Origin: Eledone cirrhosa
Taxonomy: Eukaryota
DNA length: 64,000 nucleotides
Direction of reading: 5' to 3'
NCBI GenBank assembly: GCA_964016885.1
Contig: OZ024757.1
Coordinates: forward strand, 32,612,001-32,676,000
The notes under the pieces are model-generated. The model had not been told where the DNA came from. It did not search any database and saw nothing but the letters and a program-made list of their open reading frames with translations. Positions 56,101 through 64,000 of this stretch are shown here, one piece after another (position 1 is the first letter of the stretch; the number at the start of each line of letters is the position of its first letter). A program made the position numbers and the translations under genes.

Positions 56101-59100
56101 GACAAGCTAGGTCAGATGACATGTCTTGCTCATACAGAACTGATTCTGGCTTGGTTTCTATAGTTAGATGCCCTTCCTAACACCAACATATATTTTATTC
56201 CTTCTTTTACTCTCTTACTGGTTTCAGTCATTAGACTGCAGCAAACCATACATAACTCATAAGTATCTAGCACAGATTACTAAAATAATTAACAGTATCA
56301 GAGGGGCACTATATTTTCACATTTGATCTGGGCCTATTACCAACTTTGGGGATCTACTTTTGACATCTGGACTGGGTCTAATATCAGCTTTATGGCCCTA
56401 TATTTCACATCTGGCCTGGGCCCATTCTACCTGGGAGGTGGAAGGTTACATTTCACAACTAGCTTTGGTAGCCTACATTTCAGATCTTGCCTGGGCCCAT
56501 TCTAACTGGGAGGTGGGAAGTTACTTTTCACATCTAGCCTGGGCTCATTACCAGCTTTCAGAGTCTACATTTAACATACATCTTAAGCCTATTACCAACT
56601 TTGAGAGACTACATTTTACACCTGGCCTGGCCTGGTCCCACATTTCATATCAGCTCTATGCCCACTATTAGTTTTGGGGCCCTTTATATCACATCAGCTC
56701 TATGCCCACTATTAGTTTTGGGGCTCTTTATATCACATCAGCTCTATACCCACTACTAGTTTTGAGATCCTATATCTCACATCAGCTCTATGCTCACTAC
56801 TAGTTTTGAGATCCTATATCTCACATCAGCTCTATGCTCACTATTAGTTTTGGGGCCCTTCATTTCACATCTGGCCTGGGCCTATTACCAACTTTGCATA
56901 GGCCTGCTGCTCAATCAGAGCTGACTTGAGGCTAAACAACATCAACACAAACACACATATCAAGAAGACATTTAGTAGATTAAAATTAATCTCTTACTGA
57001 TCACTTATTGAAAATCCTTTCTTATCAATTGAGGTGAGATCCTGTTGGATCTTGTTTAGTAATGTAGAACTTTTGTCTTGCTCAACAACAAAGTCCAGAA
57101 TGTTCACCCACCATTCTTCATTGGATAACTGAAAAATTCACAAAATAAGCAAAAAATAACTAAATTTTAAAGTATAGTTAATTAATTCTTTCATAACTGT
57201 ATTTCTAATGAAATACACTCTATTTCAACTGATTAATGAATTTTGAGAGCGTGATTATTTTATTACTAAGATAGTAACTTAACATATCGTTCTTATAGAA
57301 AATTGTGTTGTAAGATTTTTATTTAACCCCTTAGCATTTACATTACTCTATATTTACTGTTGCATTTTCCCAGTAAAGATTGAATCTCTTATAATTTTCT
57401 CACATAATAGCGAATCTATGAGATTTTGATATTATTTATTTTGAAAACAATACCTTAACATCAGTATGAGCAGCCAGTTATAGCTGGTTTGACCAGAAAG
57501 TGGTGAGAGAATTCTGGCCAGATACAGCCGGTTTAAATACTAAAGGGTTAAACAGGAACCTTTTTAAATGGGTGGTTTTGTTTCATAGAACCAAAGCCAG
57601 TTTTGGCCAGGTTAGTATCAACAGGGTTAATGAGGAATTTTGAAGGATTTACTGAACTTGTTAATTATTTCATTACTGAGATATTAACTTAACATATCGT
57701 TCTTATATAAAATTGTGTTGTAAGATTTTTATTTAAATGGGAACTGTTTAAAATGAGTGGTTTTGTTTCATAGAACCAGAGCCAGTTTTGGCCAGGTTAG
57801 AATCAAAAGGGTTAATGAGGAATTTTGAAGATTTTACTGAAATTATCATTTCATTACTAAGATATGGTTCTTCGTTAAAATAATGTTGAAAGATTTTTAT
57901 TAATAGGAACCTTTTAAAATGGGTGGCTTTGTTTAATAAACCAAGAGCCAGTTTTTGGCCAGGTAGGTTTAAATCAAAAAGATTAAGCATCATAGAACAT
58001 TAACTCCTAATCTTTTAATTACTAATTACCATATTTCTAATGATAAATCCAGGGGTTCCTCCAAAGGTTCTTTGGAGTAATATCACTCAATAGGGTGCAT
58101 AGCTTGGAGATCAGGGAGTCGCTCCAGGTAGAGCCACTAATTCTCTGCATCAAGAGATTGCAACTCTGGTGCAACAGGCATGTGATCAGAATGTCTAAGG
58201 AAAGAATTTTAAGGGCAAAGCCAACCGGCAGAAGACCCTGAGGTAGACCATGAGCAAGATGGTTGGATAACATCTATAAGTTCATTAGTTCTCACTTGGA
58301 TATCCAGCTGGAACATTTAGAGACATTTGCTTCTGATAGGACCCTCTGTAAGGCATGTCTGAGGACTCTGCCCCAACAACCCTCTCAGGAATCCAAAACT
58401 ATTTACCTGATTTTCAAGATTTTCCCTCAACCATCCATCTAAGTAAGCAAAGAAGATGCCCCTACAACCCTTTAAGTAAGCAAAGAAGAAGATCTATTTA
58501 CCTGTTTCTCGAGATTTTCTGCTTTTTGTTTCGAAGAAAGCCAATTGTCAAAGGCTTCTTTCACAAAATTCTGGTGTTTCTCTGTTAGGCGATTTCGAAT
58601 TTCAGTTGCCTGCAAGCAAGAACAAAATATGAACAGTATCAGACAAAATGCTTTGTGGTATTTAGTAATGGCTCTTTACATTCTGAGTTCAAATCCCACA
58701 GGAGTCAACTTGATCTTTCATCCTTCCAGGGTTGATAAAGTAATATCAGTCAAGTACTGGGATCAATATAATCGTATTTCTTCTTTCTCCACAAAATTAC
58801 TGACCTTGTGCCTAAATTAGAAATCATGAATTTTTATTGAGGGTGGGAGATTGACAGAATTGTTAGTGTTAGGCAAAATGTTTTGTGACATTTAGTTACA
58901 GCCCTTTACATTCTGAGTTCAAATCCCACATAAATCAGCTTTGTCTTTCATCCTTCTGGGTTGATAAAATAAAGTATCAACCAGTCAAGTACTAGAAACA
59001 ATTTAATCAACAATCCCTTCCTCTTAAAATTGCTGGCCTTGTGCCTAAATTAGAAATCATTATGAATACAGTATGAAAGGATTAACCCTTTAGCATTTAC

Positions 59101-62100
59101 ATTACTCTATATTTACTATTATATTTTCATGTAAAGGCTTTACCTCATATAATTATCTCGCATAATATCGAACTTATGAGATTTTGATATTATCTATTTG
59201 GAGAACAATACCTTATCATCAGTATGAGTTGCCAGTGACAGCCAGTTCAAACAGAAAGTGAGAGAATTCTGGCTGGATATGGCCAGTTTAAATGCTAAAG
59301 GGTTAAATTTATTACACTTACCTTCTCACCGAGTTTGTCATCATCAAGAGCTGTGGCAATACCTTCTGGCTTGTTTAACAACACTTCATTTAGGTTATGG
59401 TAGCAATGAAGCAACTGTAGATCATCAGTTCTTATAGTGTTCTTGTGTTCTCTTACCGACCAGAGTACTTCACGGTAGCTTTCTATAGCATCTTTCATCT
59501 AGAAATCAAGGAAATAAGGTTGTAGAAAGGATACACAGCCCAGTGATTAAGGGTCTATGTCTAAAGTCTGTCTCAAGCTTGATGGCTCATCAGGCTAGTG
59601 CTTATCCCAGTTTCCATGGCATGAAGCGACTGAGAGTACATGACTTCCCCCCGGACATGACACCAGTCCATCGCAGGGTTAAACTCCCAGCAATAGCTGG
59701 TCCTCATTTCTGCTGAGTAAATGAGAGTAACATGAAATGAAGTGTTTTGCTCACAACACAACCCAGTCCAGGAATTGGACCCACAACATTAGGATTGTTA
59801 GTCCAATTCCCTTACCATTAGGCCATGCTCCTCCACAACCTTGTGGTTAAGGGGTTAGACTCAAAATAATAAGGTCATGGGTTTGATACCTGGACCAGGT
59901 AGTGCATTGCGTTCTTGAGCAAACAACTGCTTTTCATGATAAGATTGATGTGTCTATCATTAAAACACCAAGGAAACCTATGAGATACAACCTTATAGAA
60001 TATTTCATTATAAATATGATAAGAAAAGGACTAAAGTATTTATATTTATCTAAAAACTTTCCATTATAACTTTGTTAGAATCTTTAAATTATGTTCCACG
60101 CACCATCTTAATGGGAGGGTTAGTTATATTACTAAATCCTTCCAAATTCTTGAATACTTTTAAAATTATTTTATAAATCATTGGCAGTATTTTTCATTAG
60201 AAATATGGTAATGAAAGGGTTGAGTTATGTTCCGAACACCAACTTAATAATGAGAAAGTTAGTTATATTACTAAATCCCTTCAAACTCTTGATTATTTTC
60301 AAAATTATTTTAAAACTATAGGCAATGTCTTTCATTTAGAAATATGGTAACTAAAGGGTTAAATATTATAAACAAACCTGATCTTTAATTATATATATCC
60401 CAGCAAGTCCATGGCGGGCTGCAATAGCTTGTCTGTGAGCCTCTTCACATTCTGTAACCCCTTTTTTTATCAAAGACTGTAATAATTCCTCCATTGTCAT
60501 CGTCCTGAAAAGAAGATCAAAAGAAATAATTTAACACTGAAATATATTTATTACAAGTTGAGTGCTGTACATAATTTTTGATAGTAGATTTAAACTCGCT
60601 ATCTTCAATTCAGTTTTCGTGCTAACCCTTACCTATGGTCATGAATCTTGGGTAATGACCGAAAGAATACAATCACGAATACAAGTGGCCGAAATGGGAT
60701 TCCTCCGAAGGCTCTTTGGAGTAATGTTACTCAATAAAGTGCATAGCTCAGTGATCAGACAGTCACTCCAGGTAGAGCTGCTACTTTTCTGAATTGAGAG
60801 ATCACAGCTCCGATACTATGGGTATGTGGTTAAAATGTCTTAGGAAAGAATTGCTGGACAAATTTTGTGGGCAAAACCAACAGGCAGGAGACCCCGAGCA
60901 AGATGGTTTGATAACATCCATGAGCTTTGCTGGTCTCACTTGGGGATTCAGTTAGATCAGTTGGAGACAGTTGCTTCTGACAGGACCCACTGGAAGGAGT
61001 GTTTGAGGACTCTGCTCCCACAACCCCCTCAGCAATAAGTGGGCAAAGAAGATTTAATCTGTTGCATGGTTTAACACCACCACAACTTGGCCCTTGGGTG
61101 CCTTTTAGCAAGCATTCAGATCAGATTTCTGGCTTGATGACACCTTCCTCAGTCCCTTCCTCAAACCAGTCATGGAGACCCTATAAAGGAAGATGACACA
61201 AGAACCTTTATATTTCAAGTAAAACCCTTTATCAGAGAGTGAAAATATTTATACTGCGATAAAGGGCTGCTTTGCTTGAAATGTTAGGATGCTCATCTGG
61301 CTGTAACACAGACACTTATGTACTGCACTATGTACAGAAGTGTGTATATTTATCTTGTCTTGCCATGTACAGAATAGATAATTATCTCATATTTATGTAC
61401 TTTACTATGTATAGAATAGATTGACTTACTTTTTGTTTATGGAATGGAATTCTCCCCGAACTGCCTGAGGGTGGCAACAGGCTTGGCGTAGTTTCATTAA
61501 TGGATGTAGAAGCTGGCAACATAAAGAAGAGATTAGAAACTGAAATAATACAGTGACAGTTAAATTTTCATTACATTAGTTGAAATATATATATATATAT
61601 GGAGGCACATGGCTTAGTGGTTAGAGCATTGGCCTTGTAATCGAAAGGTTGTGATTTCAATTCTCAGACCGGGTGATGTGTTGTTTCCTTGAGCAAGACA
61701 CTTTATTTCACATTGCTCCAGTTTACTCAGCTGTAGAAATGAGATGATAGGGACTGGGGTCCCTATCATTCCACTGCAAAGTGGTCGTGGAGGTGCCACG
61801 GCAAAAAAGCACCCAGCCGACACTGTAAAGTGGACGTGTAGGCACCACGGAAAAAGAAAAAGCACCCAGCACTCACTGTAAATGAGGTTGGTGTTAGGAA
61901 GGGCATCCAGCTGTAGAAATCAAGCCAGAATCAGTTCCCATCCCACCCTTGCAAGCAGGCAAAAGCGGACATAAAATGATGATGATATATATATAAAAGG
62001 CAAATTGGCAGAGTCGTTACGTGCTCTGAGTTTAAATCTCGCTGTGGTCAACTTTGCCTTTCAACCTTTTGAGGTCGATAAAAAAAAAAAAGTTCCAGTC

Positions 62101-63552
62101 CAGTACTGGGGTCGATTCTTCCTCTATAGAAAAATTGGTTGTGTTCAGACCTGGAGAGGGTTGGGCTTTGCCAGGTTTAAAACTGCCTTGGACACACCGT
62201 ATGACAGTGCCTCTACGACTCCACAAGGTTTTATGGGATCTTTATCCTACATATATATATTAGTAAAAGTAGTGGATCAACCACGAGCTCGACAGTTTCA
62301 GCTAGTTACCTCTTCTAGCCCTTGTAATGAAAATTTCTCGAAATTTTTCTGACCAAGGCTAGAGGATGTAACATAAAGCATGTCCGACGCTCTACCAATA
62401 CTGTTAATCCACCTCCCTAATAATGATTTCTAGTATAGGCACAAGGCCAGTAATTTGGGGGAGGGAAGAAAAGTCGATTAAATCGACCCCAGTACATTAC
62501 TGGTGCTTCATTTTATCGACGCCGTAAGGATGAGAGGCAAAGTTAACCTCGGTTGGATTTGAACTCAGACCGTAAATGGGCGTAACTCTATGCTGCAAAG
62601 CAAGGTGTCCAACTCTCTACCGGTACTGCCAATCCACCACCCTAATAATAACAACAACAATTCAGTATTCTGTTGTACTCACACGACTGAGTATTTTTCT
62701 GTCTATACTGTTTAACTTGACAGAATAATTCTTCCATTTGGACAATTGCTGTGGAAAAGAAAAGAGAAAATAATGAGAGAGTTAGAAAGAGAGAGGGAAT
62801 GAAGATATGGAAAGAAAAGAGAAACAGAGAGAGAGAGGCTGAGAGACGAAAAGAAAAAGAAATAGAGAGAGAGAGAGAGAGAATGGGGATATGTAAAGAA
62901 AAATAAGACAAAAAGAGTGACTGTGAGATGGAAAGAAAAAAGTAATAGAGAGAGAGATAGAAAGAGAGAGACTGATAGAGAAAATAGTTTTTTCTAAAAC
63001 ATATAATTAAATCAATAAAAATCATACAATAATCCAGTAAAAGAATAAAAAAATATATACTGTTACAGTTTGGGAGGATCATGCTCAAACTTGTGCATGT
63101 GGGGTTTTTTTGGTAACATTAGTAGCATGACCCTCCCAAAGTATAACAATATCTGTTTCAAAACACCCTTTCATATTAAGAATCTTGCAAAACAAATTAA
63201 AAAAAACAAAGTATATATAAACCCGTTGATATTTAAACTGGCCGTATCCGGCCAGAATTCTCTCACCTCGTTCTGTTCAAACTGGCCATAAATGGCTGCC
63301 CATATTTATGTTAAGGTATTGTTCTCAAAATAAATATCAAAATCTCATAGATTTGATATCATGTGAGATAAAGTATTTACCATGAAAATATAATAGCAAA
63401 TATAGAGTAATGTAAATGCTAAAGGGTTAAAACACAGATCTCACCTGCATGGCGTCCCTGACACATTCGCCATATTGTCGACGATAAAAATGTTCTTCAA
63501 CAGGAGAAAATGACAGCCAATGGACTGTTTCAGTCTGAGTTGGAATTTTTAT
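41702..63552 (-). CDS. SHPRH: E3 ubiquitin-protein ligase SHPRH (SNF2 helicase, RING, HELICc), 3' portion: 19 coding exons; the 5' part lies beyond the window end
   Basis: Hand-spliced exons give a continuous frame collinear with SHPRH as recalled: HWLSFSPVEEHFY, LRQACCHPQAVRGEF, TMTMEELL..ECEEAHRQ, C3HC4 RING, GSYSTKV, KTLVFST/WSSVLDII, NGLNLVEA..EPILNPAQEMQAIGRVHRIGQT, VHRFYIKATIEERI. All introns are GT-AG with matching phases. Confidence 0.96.
42495..42668 (+). mobile_element. RTE-X-like LINE fragment (intronic)
   Basis: LHGSLPNVSSKVTQRRLRLAGHAHRH..LLWEP.HG..GRGRPRLTY. Confidence 0.8.
42697..42830 (+). mobile_element. tRNA-derived SINE family 2 (also 22985-23220 -, 52640-52910 -, 59575-59835 -, 61601-61745 +)
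   Basis: TGGCT.A.TGGTTAG A box, GTTCGATTCC B box, TCCTTGAGCAAGACACTTT body. Confidence 0.8.
43700..43878 (-). CDS. SHPRH: SHPRH exon, helicase motifs V-VI (...GCNGLNLVEA...QAIGRVHRIGQT)
   Basis: ttccag / gtaagt, 179 nt. Confidence 0.96.
43925..44375. repeat. Degenerate ~90-110 bp intronic tandem repeat (..ACAGCTCACACCTATGCAGGTTTAGCTGGACTCC..)
   Basis: 4-5 units visible. Confidence 0.8.
44537..44623 (-). CDS. SHPRH: SHPRH exon (WSSVLDIIGQALTVNGINYAVLSPGKLCQ)
   Basis: tttcag / gtttgt, 87 nt. Confidence 0.93.
45855..45947 (-). CDS. SHPRH: SHPRH exon (GSYSTKVTAIVHCLLKIRRRDQFAKTLVFST)
   Basis: tttcag / gtaaga, 93 nt. Confidence 0.95.
46381..46560 (-). CDS. SHPRH: SHPRH exon, RING C3HC4 (WAVLICGHFYCISC...KCPTCRQ...ISMK)
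   Basis: gtctag / gtatag, 180 nt. Confidence 0.95.
47647..48250 (+). mobile_element. RTE LINE 3' end with UTR and (ATG)n tail
   Basis: RLRWYGHVMRM...GRPRKTW...DRDLWR; the GGAAGGGCATCCA UTR block is shared by many short copies (41265-41570, 49045-49220, 50310-50450, 51105-51320, 56050-56190, 61780-61985). Confidence 0.85.
48310..48378 (-). CDS. SHPRH: SHPRH exon, RING start (DANPSENSPPTQCLICLEVLKDK)
   Basis: ttccag / gtacgt, 69 nt. Confidence 0.9.
49382..49483 (-). CDS. SHPRH: SHPRH exon (LKEKETRLRYEKISADNDLKRRFGQLFYLQNLAK)
   Basis: ttacag / gtcatt, 102 nt; GQL.YL.NL motif. Confidence 0.9.
50013..50312 (-). mobile_element. Mariner-like transposase 3' remnant with terminal repeat
   Basis: LKNSVYAGKPRTVQHLKARIV...; taCAGGGTG end. 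Confidence 0.55.
50658..50798 (-). CDS. SHPRH: SHPRH exon (LMSKLVFWLRDQVRVYDEVNMCITRMRL...IYQYE)
   Basis: atacag / gtaagc, 141 nt. Confidence 0.9.
50972..51045 (-). CDS. SHPRH: SHPRH exon (SNPDLDQQAALHLKLFEIYRKEFP)
   Basis: taacag / gtaagt, 74 nt; LFE..KE motif. Confidence 0.86.
52050..52630. repeat. Degenerate intronic tandem repeat (GGGAGATGGAGTTGGTGACACCTGTAGCAGTGATATAC)
   Basis: Multiple diverged units. Confidence 0.7.
53601..53731 (-). CDS. SHPRH: SHPRH exon (DVLDFSLNTEEG...GSWREGELEIMLKCIYSHLPFLY)
   Basis: tctcag / gtaagt, 131 nt. Confidence 0.87.
53830..54420 (-). mobile_element. RTE-X-like LINE fragment
   Basis: KVFKAMVETILVYGSVSW...LDGSYTKML...LAGHVSRH. Confidence 0.85.
54483..54551 (-). 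CDS. SHPRH: SHPRH exon (CQMCLLKKDLEEYESCLYRINK)
   Basis: tgtcag / gtgaga, 69 nt; CxxC..EYES.L. Confidence 0.88.
55809..55988 (-). CDS. SHPRH: SHPRH exon (IHSIEGLKFIVSRRL...ETVSCCIRAERKHQQF)
   Basis: tttcag / gtaagt, 180 nt, phase 2/2. Confidence 0.87.
56310..56900. repeat. Intronic minisatellite: ~44-bp unit x5 (CACATCAGCTCTATGCCCACTATTAGTTTT..) nested in an older related array
   Basis: Directly visible. Confidence 0.85.
56998..57128 (-). CDS. SHPRH: SHPRH exon (LSNEEWWVNILDFVVEQ...GFSISD)
   Basis: tttcag / gtaaga, 131 nt; conserved WW. Confidence 0.88.
58502..58609 (-). CDS. SHPRH: SHPRH exon (ATEIRNRLTEKHQNFVKEAFDNWLSSKQKAENLEKQ)
   Basis: ttgcag / gtaaat, 108 nt open, phase-consistent. 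Confidence 0.82.
59082..59306. mobile_element. TTAA-flanked piggyBac-type MITE (~225 bp); copies 49723-49949, 53329-53547, 54572-54798, 57323-57551, ~63218-63430
   Basis: ttaa-CCCTTTAGCATTTA ... TAAATGCTAAAGGG-ttaa and a shared interior. Confidence 0.85.
59322..59498 (-). CDS. SHPRH: SHPRH exon (MKDAIESYREVL...TDDLQLLHCYHNL...DDKLGEK)
   Basis: ttctag / gtaagt, 177 nt; matches ORF 59295..59498. Confidence 0.93.
60378..60504 (-). CDS. SHPRH: SHPRH exon (TMTMEELLQSLIKKGVTECEEAHRQAIAARHGLAGIYIIKDQ)
   Basis: tttcag / gtttgt, 127 nt. Confidence 0.93.
60560..61060 (+). mobile_element. RTE LINE fragment; second copy at ~58050-58390
   Basis: LTYGHESWVMTERIQSRIQVAEMGFLRR..QLRYYG. Confidence 0.8.
61430..61512 (-). 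CDS. SHPRH: SHPRH exon (LLHPLMKLRQACCHPQAVRGEFHSINK)
   Basis: gccag / gtaagt, 83 nt; SNF2 LRQACCHP motif. Confidence 0.95.
62683..62748 (-). CDS. SHPRH: SHPRH exon (QLSKWKNYSVKLNSIDRKILSR)
   Basis: ccacag / gtgagt, 66 nt; fills the KL..LDR segment. Confidence 0.85.
63445..63552 (-). CDS. SHPRH: SHPRH exon (IKIPTQTETVHWLSFSPVEEHFYRRQYGECVRDAMQ)
   Basis: ctgcag acceptor, gtgaga donor, 108 nt phase 0/0. Confidence 0.93.
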
Positions 63553-63558
63553 CTGCAG

Positions 63559-63589
<31 letters not shown>

Positions 63590-63890
63590 ATGATCATAAC
63601 AACTATTATTTCTACATTTGGCCTAAGGCCAGTAATTTGGGGGTAGAGGGACAGTTGATTATAAAAATAAAAATAAATAGCTAGAAGAAATAAATGAATT
63701 TTTTTTTCAATACTCTTTTTTTAAATTTTGAACATTGAAAATAACTTAAAATACTTTCGTTTATATTTTATAATTGTACAATTCATTAACATGTCATACA
63801 GGGAGTCCCAAAAAATGTATATAGACTTTGATTAGCTGTACAGGCAATAATTACTAGAAGCTGTTGAAGTGTGTATCTATTTTTTGGGAC

Positions 63891-63932
<42 letters not shown>

Positions 63933-64000
63933 CATCATCATCATTGTTTAAAGTCCACTTTTCATTCTAGCAAGAATTAGACGTGTTGTCCCATTTGAGG

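Noticed and set aside
56640-56870. CRISPR-like regular repeat
   Set aside because: Eukaryotic intron; units are tandem with no unique spacers and there are no cas genes
62642-63088. 148-aa hydrophobic ORF
   Set aside because: Mostly the intronic CT-rich tract; the true SHPRH exon (62683-62748) is in a different frame

Overview
Eukaryotic, AT-rich, repeat-dense genomic DNA. The SINE types, (TA)n/(CA)n seas and LINE/MITE content suggest a coleoid cephalopod, probably Octopus (inference). The right third (41702-63552, minus strand) holds the last 19 coding exons of the E3 ubiquitin ligase/SNF2 helicase SHPRH. All 19 were mapped by hand with GT-AG junctions and consistent phases. The last exon adds an extra ~150-aa acidic/Ser-rich tail containing a VIM-like helix. 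The left end has two divergently oriented orphan ORFs for single-pass membrane proteins, one built on a 15-bp SPKxx repeat. The rest is microsatellites, tRNA-derived SINEs, RTE/CR1/REL-LINE fragments, a DD37D (maT) transposon with an in-frame internal deletion, and several MITE families. The most notable unannotated signal is at least five sequence families of minimal type-I hammerhead ribozyme motifs (CUGANGA...GAAA...NUH), about a dozen copies in all. Several lie in fold-back inverted repeats inside (TA)n arrays, and one family sits just upstream of a conserved ORF start. This fits Penelope-like retroelement termini or retrozymes. Almost all ORFs in the supplied track are microsatellite artefacts. 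No database searches or folding computations were run.
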